Positions 46,353 through 57,798 of a DNA stretch of 64,000 bases are shown piece after piece; the first letter of the stretch is position 1; every line of letters starts with the position of its first letter. Both the position numbers and the translations under genes were made by a program. The notes under the pieces were generated by a model, which saw nothing but the letters and a program-made list of their open reading frames with translations, was not told the origin of the DNA and searched no databases. This DNA is from Blepharisma stoltei ATCC 30299 (Eukaryota; Protista; Ciliophora), in contig CBFDEM010000027.1 of assembly GCA_965603825.1 (NCBI GenBank), positions 186,001 through 250,000 on the forward strand, in the 5' to 3' direction.

Positions 46353-49300
46353 ATGATAGGAATAGTCAAGGAACAAATAAAAAGTTCAGACTCCAATGAA
46401 TCCTTGCATGCTTGCAATTTATTAATTAAATACATCAAAAAACCTCAGACTTTACATTATGCTTTACAACTTTATATTGAATTATTCAATGATGACTTTG
46501 CTCATAAGAACCAATTTTTAGAAAAGACAGAAAGCATAATATATTCTCTAATGGAGTCTTCATCAAGTCTAAAAATATTACTTTCAGTATATAGAAACCC
46601 AAAAATCAAAAGAGGGAATAAATCATCAATCTCAATAAAGCCCTGATTTTTGGATTTAGATGTGACATCCTACAAGTATTTTATGGAAAAAGCTACAGAG
46701 AGCTTCAAATGGAATTATATAGAATTAAGGGCAAGTGAATTTTCTCATAGTGAAGCAATCCCATGTGATTTGTATATCCAAGTTAGGGAATTCCTCAAAT
46801 CAAAGCCTCAAAAGCTTTGCTTTATCATGGGAAGTTCTGGCTCAGGAAAATCATTATTTTGCAAATTTTTGTGTTTGAGATTATTAAATAATCCAGATAC
46901 TGAATATTTCCCAATTTTTATTAGCTATTATTGAGCAATTCTTGAACATGAGAATTTAATTGAAGACATTCTAGCAGAATACTCAATAAATATTGATTTT
47001 GAGCATCTATGAAATAAAAAGATACTTTTCATTCTAGATGGATTTGATTATTTTTCATTAAATTCTGATTTAATAAAATTTTATAGCATCATTGAAAAAT
47101 TACCAAATAGCAAAATCGTTATTACATGAAGACATTTATCAGAAAACTCCCATAGAATGGTTTTTAATAGCTTTCGTGATGAAATCTATGAGCTTTATAT
47201 CAAACCTTTAAATAACCAACAAATCATAAAATATATAAAAAATTACTTGAAAAAAGAAAAAGGCTATTGAATAAATTACGAAGCTGCCTTATACGAAATT
47301 CATACAGTCCATAAGCTTCACAAAAACCTTAGAAATCCTTTCTTATTAAATGCTTTAATGTCCAAACCGAACATCATCAGCATTTTAAAAAACCATAAAA
47401 ATCTCCTTGCCAAAAAATCAGAAATTTTTGAAGCTGTTATTGAAAATCTTATTTTTTCATCTGATAATTTTGACCACCAAAGCTATGATATCATTAGAGA
47501 CATCTATATGAAAACTCTAATGAAATTTTCCCTAGACACTACCAATGGAAAACCACTTGAAATAAAAAACTCTGAATGGACTCCAATATTATCAGTGATT
47601 ACAAAATCCCATGGTTGCCCTTTGAATTTAATAAAAAAGACTGAGAAATCAAGATTTTATTCGTTTACGCAGACATCATTTATAGATTATTTTATATCTC
47701 ATCAAATCGTTGATGATATTGAATTTTGGAATGATATTGAAGTTGCTCAAGGCAGCTATTTCAACCAAGTGAATTTCATTGATAAGGTTGAAATCATCCA
47801 GTTTATTGGAGATATAATCAACGAAAGCAAGTTAAAAATATTCGAAATAATTGCGAATGGCTGGAAAGATAAAGAAAAGTTACAAAAAGCGTTTAAAAAT
47901 AGTCAAGAAATCCTTATGAGGATTAAGCAACGATTTTGTAAGTATGAGCATCTTAATACGTTATTATATAGAAAAATGCAGCAGGAGAATGAAAAATCTC
48001 AATTTGATCTATGGAAGTCAGGAATTCAGTTTAAAAAAATAAAATTTGTAAAAACTTTAAACAAACCAATTAAAAAAATACCTGCGTACAATAGCCAAAA
48101 ATATTTAACCCTTGACATGCTAATATCTCCTGATAAACAACTATTTTGCCTACTCAGGGCCGATGGTAAAATAATAATAATTTCCTTGAAGACATTTAAA
48201 AATATTTGGACTATTAAAGTCTCTGATTCATTTGCATGTTTGATTTCTCCTTGTAGTAGTTATATTTGCATAGGAAATATTGATGAAAATTTAAAATTAT
48301 GAAGCATAGATAGAAAAGAACTATTTTTCGAGATCAAAAACTCTTCATCAAGTGAAGGAACTATGTTTACATTTTCATGCTGTGGAAAAATTTTGGCTTA
48401 TTGCAATACTATTGGATTAATAATTTTAAGAAATTTAGAATCATGCGAAGAATTTTGTTTGATTGTGGGGGAACAAATTATCACATCATTTTCGTTTGCA
48501 GAAACTGGAAATTTGTTTTTCGTTGGAAATTCCGAAGGTTTTTTGAGAGTTTATGAGCTTGAAAATAAAACCCTTGTTTATACGCTAGTAGGGCAAGATT
48601 CAGCAATTGATAATATATTTTTATATCCCAGTAATGATCTTGCTGTAACAGTGAGTAAAGTCGATTCTGTTGTAAAAATATGAAACCTCAATAAAAGAGT
48701 CCTTTGTAAAACAGTTATTTCTAAAACGTCTCCTGGTCTACTTATATGGGAATTCACAAAGGATGGGCGTTATTTTATTACTTTGGACGAAAACAGATCG
48801 ATAGGTGTTGCTGATTTACTAGCAGAAGATAGTCAAAATCGCGCATATATATTAAACAGTCAGGTGACATCTATTAAAATATGTCCTGATGAAAATGGCT
48901 TTATAGCTTGCAACATTGATGGCTCATTTTTATTTTATGACTTTACAAAATATTTTAGCTATCGAGACAATCAAAATGAAGAAGAAGACGAAAGTGAAAG
49001 CGAAACTGAACAAGAAAAATTGGCTATTTCTGCTGTAAATTTCTCAAAATCAGAAAATTTATTAGCATCAGGAAGTCATGGAGGACAAATCAGGATTTGA
49101 AAAATAGACAAAATGGAAAAAATTATTGAATTTACTGCTCATAAAAAGAAAATAAAAGCGCTGTGCTTTTCAGAAGATAATAGATTTCTTGCTTCATGCT
49201 CAAGAAAAGAAAAAAACGTAAAATTGTGAAGCTTGGAATCTTATGAACTGATATCTGAGGTAAACGATCTGAATAAGTGCACTATTTATTATATTCCACA

Positions 49301-50886
49301 TAAAGGATTTTGAATTTTAGATATTAATAATGGCGTGCGGGTAATTGATTTAGGGTTTTATACTAGTGTTGTTGACCTTAAAGAAGCCATTAATGAGTTT
49401 GAAGTGGTAGAATCAGCTTTAGTTTCGCCATTAGGGAATCTTTTAGCTGTAAAACATGGTAGTACTGTAGATATTTGAATAATAAGTGGTGGAGATGCGT
49501 GAAAATTGACTGAGCTGACACATAAAAATAATAGCATTGCAACAATGAACTTTTCTTTTTGTGAAAAATTTATAGCGACTTGAACTTATATGGAAAAAAT
49601 TACGATTTGGGATATAGAAACCAGCGAAAAAATAATGTGTTTTAAGCTTTCAGGCTCAAAGAGTAGAAAAATAATTTTTTCACCTTGCAGCCAATTTATA
49701 GCACTTTTTAGTAGATCAATCAGCATATTAAGCTTAGAAACTAAAGCGACTATATATGAAATTGCAGATGCTTCTAAAGATACAAAGCTTCATCGCTTTT
49801 CTCCTTCTGGGGATTATCTGGTCACAACTAATGAAGACACTTTAAAAATATGGAGATTTAAAGACGCTACCAAAATTACAACAATTTGCAAACCTTCTAA
49901 AAAGAGGCATATAAAATTTTTCATATTTTCAAAGGTAGGGGATATTATTATTTCTCTATGATCAGATGACGTTATTAGGATGTTTAGCTTTCCTGGAGGA
50001 GAGCTGCTCCATGAGCTTAAAAATGATGAAGAAATTAAATTTTTTTGTATTTCATCTAATGAGCTAACTTTAATATCAGTTCCTGATTATGCTTCTGAGA
50101 TTAATATTTGGTCACTAGAAACTTATGACTCTATTTTTAAAAGTAAAGCCCGTTGAACAAATTGACGCTATTGATTTTTCGCCTTGTGGCAGATATTTTG
50201 CTTGTGGAAGTAGAAACTCAGAGTATTTATATATATATGACTTAGAAAATATTGACGAAGAAGTCTCAATAGAAATGGGACTGCAAGAGATTAGATCAAT
50301 TCGCTATTCTAATTCTGGTAAATATATAGCATGTTCATTCCTATTTATTCAATTATGAGACCAAAATTCAAAAATAACTTCAGACTTAATAGTTAATGAC
50401 GCCGAGTCTTTAAAAATTTGTTTTTCAAAATGCGATAAATATCTTGCATCTGCATGTTCTGATGGGTGCATTAGGATATGAAATATCGAAAATGCTGAAA
50501 TTACTTACATTATAATGGCTCATGCAGAAGTTTATCAAAATCCGTTTTTTGGCCTTAGTATGGATATGTTTGATAGGGTGCATGATTTAATTACTGCTTT
50601 AGAGTATTCGAATTGTGGCCGATATTTATTAAGTGCTGGAAATGATGGATATGTTAAAATTATTGATTTAGTAACACAGAACAGTTTCTACGAAATTAAA
50701 GCCCATATGCAAAAAGTACTTTCTGCTAGCTTTTCAATAGATGGGAATTGGATTATTTCGACAGGAGGTGGAGGGATCAGAGTATGGGACTTTAAACAAA
50801 TATTGGCGAAAAAGAAGCATATTTTAAAAATAGAAAAATCAGAGTGTGAGAAATTAATAATGGTATCAGAAGATCGTCATGAATAG
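46353..50886 (+). pseudogene. NACHT/STAND NTPase + WD40 repeats (NLR-like), with a +1 frameshift near 50125-50150 (pseudogene or assembly error)
   Basis: GSSGSGKS Walker A, ILFILDGFD Walker B, KIVIT(W)R, RNPFLL, YSFTQTSFIDYF, then many WD repeats; one frame 46353 to ~50140 with TGA=W, last repeats in the +1 frame to TAG 50884-50886. Confidence 0.75.
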
Positions 50887-50954
50887 AAAGATCAGTCTAT
50901 ATAGACATCTATAAAAGATAAATGAAAAATTATTATTAACTCTATCAAATTATA

Positions 50955-52628
50955 TTATCGATGGTGGAACTGAATAAAAATTACTAATTGTGGTGTTTGT
51001 GGAGAGTATGAAATCCTTGGCGTCATTCTATACTTTTTTTGTAGTAAACTTGGCATGCTCATCTGAGTTATTGGTCTTTGCATAGTTGTGAACGCTGGAG
51101 TAAACACTCGTTGATTGCTAAGAGGATCAGGACTTGTCCTTGACTGGAAATCGCCCCTTGCTATATATTCAGTAAAAAATGTTTTTCTGTCAAGATTTCA
51201 ACTTTTGTCAATTGATTTTTCCTTAATAGTTATTACCATCCTATTCCTAACAGAAATTGTATACAATTCTTTGAATTTTTCTATATCTCGTAAGGTTTCT
51301 TGACACTCATTCTCTAGCTGCTCAAAGCTTAATTTATCAGTTTCAGAGTTAATTTTGTCAATTTGCAGATAATTGAATTTAATAGCTTTTTGGAGGTTTT
51401 GCCCCATTTCTATCAGATCTGTTTGCTTTGATTGATTTAGCTTTTGGTCAATTGATTTCTCGATATCTTCTAGGCGTGGCCTAGTAACTTCGGCATGATT
51501 AGTAACTTTTCTTTTTTTAATTCGGCTAATTAACTTATCAATCGCTGTATTGCTCATAGTTGTCTTCAGGCTCAAAGAATTTAGGCTTGACTTTACTGTC
51601 TCTGATATTAAGCTATCAATAGGCTGATACGAATTTTTTCTTTTTTTTACAATTTCAAGGATAATTCTAAAAATCCTATTTATTATTTACTTTGGAAATC
51701 TTGAAACAAGCCATTGATTTTTTTCTGACATCAAATTTTCATGATTTTTCCTTTCGTTTTTATTTTCTAATTCTTCAAATATCGTCATCTGAGTATGAGC
51801 AAACCCAAAAAGTCCTAAAGCTTCTTCTTTCATTTCATTATATTCTCTCCTAAATATTCTTTACTCTAAATCATGAATTTCTGCAGTTTTTACTTTTGTG
51901 AGCTCCCATATTTCTTTTTCTATTGCTTTAATTTTTTTTTCATATTCCTGCTCAAGCTCGTTAATTTTATCTGTCATATTTCGATGCTTGTCAATAAATT
52001 TTTTTCTATAGCTTGCTTCGTTTTCGTTTCTTCCAATCTCCCACATGTTTACGGCTTCTTTAAATCCATCAGCTTGATTAATAAAAATATTTTTTATATT
52101 GTGTAGGCTTGAGTATTTTTCTTCAATTTCTATATGTTTTTGCACTAATTGCTGCTGCAGTTCTTCGTCAGTATTTCTCAAAGTTTGTTCTTCTAAGCTC
52201 TCATTAAATTCTCTTATAGAATTTCGATATTTTGAAATTTCCGATTCTAATTTTTTGACTTCTTCACTGTTCTCAAAACCTGCTTTTATTTTGGCTTTTG
52301 CTTCTTTAATAAGCTCAGCGTTATTTTTTAATCGTTCCTCTAGCTCTTGATTTCTTTTAGTATAATTTTCCATTCTCTGGTAAACTTCTCTATATCGTGC
52401 TGCAATTTTATATTCCATTGAGTTTTGATGAGCATCAATCATTGACTCTAAGTCTTCATCAATTCCTATCAGTTTTCCGAAATTTTTCAGTTTTTTTTCA
52501 TGAATTGTTTGAACATCCTGTATATATTTTCGTAAATCTTTGATTTCTTCTTCAATTTTGTGCATTCTTTCGACCTGTTCTTGCTTCTGCATTAAAGTTA
52601 AGGTTCTCTTCATAGCCCTTCTGTCCAT
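50955..52628 (-). CDS. Coiled-coil protein, at least two 15-nt introns
   Basis: Introns 51850-51864 and 51676-51690 join ORFs 51861-52628 and 51198-51575; TGA read through to TAA 50955-50957. Confidence 0.78.
51676..51690 (-). other. 15-nt spliceosomal intron
   Basis: GTAAATAATAAATAG, phase 2, in-frame TAA. Confidence 0.85.
51850..51864 (-). other. 15-nt spliceosomal intron
   Basis: GTAAAGAATATTTAG, phase 2, in-frame TAA. Confidence 0.85.
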
Positions 52629-52795
52629 CTTTTACAGTTCTTATAAAAAATTTTATTAAAACAAAATTATATTAGAGGTTGATTTACAGTAAAAATAAAT
52701 ATAAAATTTGAATTATATCCAATCATATCTATACAAAAGCCATATGTTTATTATTATTTAAAATTGATTTACTTTTAAATTGATATAAGTTTATT

Positions 52796-54073
52796 TTAAT
52801 CTCTAAATACTAAATTAAAGTTCATAGAGTTTATGAAAGTTTGGTCAGTCACAGTCAAAAAGTCTTCTCCATAAAACCCTTGGTCAATCAACTCCTGGAA
52901 AGTTAAATCAAGCTTAAACCTATGCTTTTCTTCTAGAGCAGGTGGCTTTGGCATATACAGAATCCCAGCTCCACAACTAATAGAAGGGCTTATCATTTTA
53001 TATTTTGAGTTGCTATCAGTCAAAATGCTTATGAAATCTTTCAATTTAGAGTTTTTTCCAATCGTGATTATCCCAGGTTTATTACTGCAAACCAAGCAAT
53101 TTGGATCTTTTTCTATCTGCAGTGTAGCTGTATGTATCCCAGTTTGTCCCATAAACATAAAATAATTATCCACTGGCTTCGTCACATAAGTCGCTATTTT
53201 TAGTGCTTCAGCCGCACAAGCAGCTGCAACAATTGCATTAGTCGATGCTATTGCTGGTATAATATTTTTAACGACTCCCATAGTTTTCATATATGTAACT
53301 CCTTCAATTCCATACGCTTTTGCTCTTTCCAGCGCAGTTTCATATATCCAATTCATATCCTCATAACTGTCTTTATCTACTTTTCTATTAGGAAAGGCTT
53401 TTTCCCACTCAATAATATAGGCATACTCAATGCAATGTTCAGGAATTCTTGGAGTTTCAGCAATTGTACACATTGGGACACCTTTTTGTGGAGTCATCAT
53501 AGGGAGAGTGCACTCATAGCAAGCGGTTTTATAAGGAATTACAACTCTGGCTTGACCTTTAAAGCCTTCAGTGCCGCCATCGATAATAGGTCTGACCGTT
53601 TCTGGTAAAGGCTCTCCATCTTTATCAAACTTTACCATACTGTAGATCATTGAGTTTAGCCATCTGCGGGCTTCAATGTTGTCAAGACCAGCGATTATTA
53701 TATGGAAGCCACTATAAAATTCTTCATCAAATTCTTGGATGGGGCAAGTGTAAGCTTTTACTTTGCATTCCGGGACTCTTTCCATAATGAATTTAGCAGC
53801 GACTTCTGATTTGAAAGAGCCGACATCAGATTGGCGGAATAAAAATTGACGGTTAAGGTTGGTGATGTCAATACGGTCAAGATCGATCACTTCAATATCA
53901 CGAAATCCACTTAGTGCTAAATCTTTAAGAATTTCACATCCAAGCCCACCTGCACCAATAACCAGCACTCTTGCATAGTCTCTAAGCACTGATTTAATAT
54001 CTTCGCCCGGTTGGAATTCTGCAGGTGCTAATTCAGAGCTTTTTAATAGAACCCTATCTAAATCAGCCCACAT
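52796..54073 (-). CDS. UBA3: NEDD8-activating enzyme E1 catalytic subunit
   Basis: VLVIGAGGLGCEILKDLALSGF, NLNRQFLFR, DGGTEGFKG, PMCTIAETPRIPEHC; first ATG at 54073. Confidence 0.95.
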   Translation of the reverse strand: MWADLDRVLLKSSELAPAEFQPGEDIKSVLRDYARVLVIGAGGLGCEILKDLALSGFRDIEVIDLDRIDITNLNRQFLFRQSDVGSFKSEVAAKFIMERVPECKVKAYTCPIQEFDEEFYSGFHIIIAGLDNIEARRWLNSMIYSMVKFDKDGEPLPETVRPIIDGGTEGFKGQARVVIPYKTACYECTLPMMTPQKGVPMCTIAETPRIPEHCIEYAYIIEWEKAFPNRKVDKDSYEDMNWIYETALERAKAYGIEGVTYMKTMGVVKNIIPAIASTNAIVAAACAAEALKIATYVTKPVDNYFMFMGQTGIHTATLQIEKDPNCLVCSNKPGIITIGKNSKLKDFISILTDSNSKYKMISPSISCGAGILYMPKPPALEEKHRFKLDLTFQELIDQGFYGEDFLTVTDQTFINSMNFNLVFRD

Positions 54074-54092
54074 TAGATTTTTATTATAATAT

Positions 54093-55541
54093 ATGAAAAG
54101 GCCAGAAGATACTTTTGCGTTGACTTCTATTGATGAAAAGCTAAACTCACGCTCAACAGTAAGGAACCCAAAGCAAGTCCAATTACCGAATATCAAATCT
54201 GTCCCAACGCTTTTTATGAAAACTTCAATGACTCCATCAACAAAAGCGACGCCACGAGCGAATTATACGTCAGTTCCGTCAACAAGAAAATCTCAAAATC
54301 GGTCCTCAGTAACACATGATTTACTTAGAAATATTCAGCAAAGGGCAAACCAGTAACTCCTATATAGAGAAATTGAAGAACTGTTTACACTTAAAGCAGG
54401 AGACCTCACTGATACAGTGAGAAAGCTGGAAAAATCAAAGTATGTAAAAGAAGTCATCAAGGATTTATATGACCATGTATTGAGGAAAAAAAAAGAATAT
54501 AATTCTCTGAAGCATGACCAAAGTTTATTAAAAGCTGAATTAGACTCACTAAATCAGAAATATAACGATTTAACGCACGTTGAAAAAGAAAACACCGATC
54601 GGCAGCAATATCTAGGAAACTTGCAAGAGAAATTTGATAAGCTGCAGAACAAAATTGATCTAGAATCGATTTTTACCGATTCATTAAATCATATGGCGAA
54701 TGTTAGATATTTAAATTTGTGCTCAATTAAAGACCCGACTAGGCTATTAAAATCACAAATAGTGCACACTCTAGCTCAGAATAAAATTTTGGATCGAGGA
54801 AGCGAATATCACATGACTTCTGCCTTAGCTACAAGAGGAAAATTAGGAAAAATCCAAGAAAACATTAATTCTCAACGCACAAAGATGAGAGAATTATTAA
54901 ACCAAGAATTAAAAAAATACGAAGAAAGAAGTAAAGCTATTGCATTTTACAAACAAGAGCAGCAGCTTTGGTATAGACAAAAAGAAGCTGAAATAAAAGA
55001 CCAAGATATCAATAATTTAGTAAAAATTGACAATGAAGTCAGAAAAGGTGACAAGCTTCGGCTAGAGTTTGTAGAAGCAAGTCAAAATTTAGCGACAAGA
55101 GAAGGCGAAATTTCTGAAGCTCTTCGAATTACAAATTCCACTTCAGTGTCCAACCTTTTCAGTCAGCTTCAAAAACTTCGAGTTACTAAAGAGAGCCTTG
55201 AATCTTTACGAGCTGACTTAGAAGCTACACTCCGTAGGCAGCAAAACGAAATAGAAAGGCTTAATAAAGAATATGATAATTTAAGTTTGCAAAAACATCA
55301 AAAGGATGAATATGATTATCATACTCTTTATGATTTAGAAGTTGGGCTTTCTAAAAGAGAACATGAGCTACAAACTCATTCAGAAGACTTGGATAAGGTT
55401 AAAGCAGACTTTTCTACAGGACTACTTGGGCTGAACAGAATTATCCAAAAACTTGGAGAAAATAACGATATAAGAGAAATCAGGACTATAAAAGATGCAA
55501 TTGAATATATTTGTTATAAAATTAATCATTTGACTGAGTAG
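54093..55541 (+). CDS. Long coiled-coil protein, one 15-nt intron
   Basis: Intron 54353-54367 joins ORFs 54093-54356 and 54417-55541 in frame. Confidence 0.78.
54353..54367 (+). other. 15-nt spliceosomal intron
   Basis: GTAACTCCTATATAG, phase 2, in-frame TAA. Confidence 0.87.
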
Positions 55542-55543
55542 AT

Positions 55544-56062
55544 TTAGCTTAAAACCATTCTTAAAACCATAATTAGAATGATAACCACAGCGAAGCCTGC
55601 ATAAGTTTTAATAAATCCACTGATGCCAACATAATGACTTTTTCTTATACAGAGCCACCAAATGCTGATCATATTCCAGCCGCCTCCTTCAAAGTTTATT
55701 TGGTTTAAAACATAAGCGACATGGCTGTGACAATTATCACAGCACAGGTTATGCATTCTTTGGCTATATTCGCCGTCACCCTTGTCTACAGCCTCATCCC
55801 ATGATTTTTTGCTTTCACATTCTAAAGGAACATATTTAGTTGGGTTTCCAAAAGCCATATCGTCGACCGAAACTGTATAAGGACCTGAAAAATCATGTAT
55901 AACACCTTCGCTTGAGCAAATCCCAGTGTGGCCTATAAACGGGATCAGAGCAGTTATCAGAGGTAAAGGAGTCCATACAACAGAATAAGGAAACCTTTGT
56001 CTTTTAAAATCAAATTTTTCTTTCAAATTTTCATCAGTTTGTTGTAGATAAGTTGGCTTCAT
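55544..56062 (-). CDS. TMEM222: TMEM222/RTE1-like protein
   Basis: RFPYSVVWTPLP, PFIGHTGIC, DFSGPY, MAFGNPTKY, HNLCCDNCHSHVA. Confidence 0.92.
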   Translation of the reverse strand: MKPTYLQQTDENLKEKFDFKRQRFPYSVVWTPLPLITALIPFIGHTGICSSEGVIHDFSGPYTVSVDDMAFGNPTKYVPLECESKKSWDEAVDKGDGEYSQRMHNLCCDNCHSHVAYVLNQINFEGGGWNMISIWWLCIRKSHYVGISGFIKTYAGFAVVIILIMVLRMVLS

Positions 56063-56084
56063 ATTTTTATTATCCTAAATTAAC

Positions 56085-57494
56085 TTAGTTATATTTTTTC
56101 TGGATCTCTTCAATTAAATCCACCATCATTGCTTCATGCTTTCTATTCATTCTCACGACATCTCCAGAGTTTGTATTAAAAATAGAAATCCAGTTAGGGA
56201 AAAGATCAACAATTTCCTTGACATCTTCTTCAATTACTTCTTTTGCCAATCCTTTGCAATTGTTCTTGATTTTTTTAACTAAGCATGAGAAAAAGATACT
56301 TGGAGTCTTGTGGACTGAAAATAAAGCTTTCATTAATTCGCACATGTTAATTAGCCTTTGAGCTCTTACTTGTTTAGCTTTTTTCTCAGGACTTTCCATC
56401 TGTAAACTTTCTTCAATAAATGCAGCTTCTTTTGCTAATATTTGATTAGAAATTTCTAGTGAGAGCCCTTTAATTGGTGTATTTTCACCAGTGACTGGTG
56501 TTTCTGCAATATTAATTTCTTTATTTTCTGAAATTCCTTCAAAGACATTTTTTAATAATTTATTTCTTGAAAACCCTAGCTCATAAATATCAGAAATGTT
56601 TGGGATTACTGGAGAGTCTGGTTTGTCTGGAAGATCTTTGAGAGGAAGGTCTGGCAAATTATGTAAATCAAAAGAAGAGTGCCATGTTTTGAGTTTTTCA
56701 GGGTCTATTTGTGGGCGACTTGGGAGTGAAGATAGGAAGGCTTCGTGGTATTGCTTGATGATTTCTATTAGCCCTTTTCTGAAATGAGACTTTCTTACTT
56801 CAATTAGATCTCTTGTAATTTGATTCTCAATTTTTGGAAGATTTTCAGGGAAATCCATAATTAAATCGAATTCTCTTGCATTCTTTTTCAGCCATGTCAT
56901 CCTATAGATGGTCGGAATTACATAAAGCATCTGCTGGAGCTGAGTTAGATCAAATTTCAGTTTATATGTTTCTGACACCGCCCTTTTTATATTTTCAAAA
57001 GATATATGATTTTTTAAACGAATTTCACAATTTAAGCTCGTATCTGCGGCTTCTAACAGGTCTAAGAGTCTTCTGTACTTATAAGGAAGGGCAAGAGCAC
57101 GCTGGGGGTCTAATAGGTCTTGGTACTTTTCTTTCGCGGTAACCGAGCTCAACACCTCATCGACCTCTTTTCTTGGACGATCTAAGTTTCGTTTTTTAAG
57201 AGTTTCTATTAAGTCTTGGGTTTTTTGAGATAGAAGAGGGACTTGGCTAGGTGGGGTTAGAAGGACTTTGAGTTTTTGTGCCTGGATGGGTTCAGATGCT
57301 GACTTTTCAAAGTCACCATTGAGGCTTTTGCAAATGCGCGGGTCGACTCGTTGAGTTTGAGTGGGCTCCAGCTTGAGAATTTTCGAAACATGAAGAGATT
57401 CATCATCATTTTCTTTGTGCTTTCGCTTGCGTGTAGCAGAATCTAGGTCTGGTTTTACACTTGGGAAGTGGGTTGATAAGGTTGTTTGTTTCAT
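56085..57494 (-). CDS. CDT1: DNA replication licensing factor Cdt1
   Basis: N-terminal PIP-box-like QTTLSTHF, LALPYKYRRL..D, IIKQYHEAFLSSL, WHSSFDL; ATG 57494. Confidence 0.85.
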   Translation of the reverse strand: MKQTTLSTHFPSVKPDLDSATRKRKHKENDDESLHVSKILKLEPTQTQRVDPRICKSLNGDFEKSASEPIQAQKLKVLLTPPSQVPLLSQKTQDLIETLKKRNLDRPRKEVDEVLSSVTAKEKYQDLLDPQRALALPYKYRRLLDLLEAADTSLNCEIRLKNHISFENIKRAVSETYKLKFDLTQLQQMLYVIPTIYRMTWLKKNAREFDLIMDFPENLPKIENQITRDLIEVRKSHFRKGLIEIIKQYHEAFLSSLPSRPQIDPEKLKTWHSSFDLHNLPDLPLKDLPDKPDSPVIPNISDIYELGFSRNKLLKNVFEGISENKEINIAETPVTGENTPIKGLSLEISNQILAKEAAFIEESLQMESPEKKAKQVRAQRLINMCELMKALFSVHKTPSIFFSCLVKKIKNNCKGLAKEVIEEDVKEIVDLFPNWISIFNTNSGDVVRMNRKHEAMMVDLIEEIQKKYN

Positions 57495-57798
57495 ACCAGA
57501 GTTTATTATGAGGAAATTTAATAGAAATGCCCCCAAATAATAAATATTTTACTAAAACTATAATAATCTAAAGAGTTTACAAAGAAATAAATTATAATTA
57601 TGGAATGAGTTTTCCATCTATATAAACTCCTCATATCTCAGTTTTTTATCTTAGATAAAAAAACTTTTTATATCTTGAAATGAGTTATTTTAAAGTTTTT
57701 AGTCAGGTTTGATTGAAATAAACTGATATAAGAATATAGAGTGAGAGATTTGAGATTAAAAAATTCTCATCTCAAGGAAATTTTCCAAATGATAATAA

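Noticed and set aside
54074-54196. N-terminal extension of UBA3 in the ORF track
   Set aside because: Non-ATG start overlapping the divergent gene; homology begins at ATG 54073.
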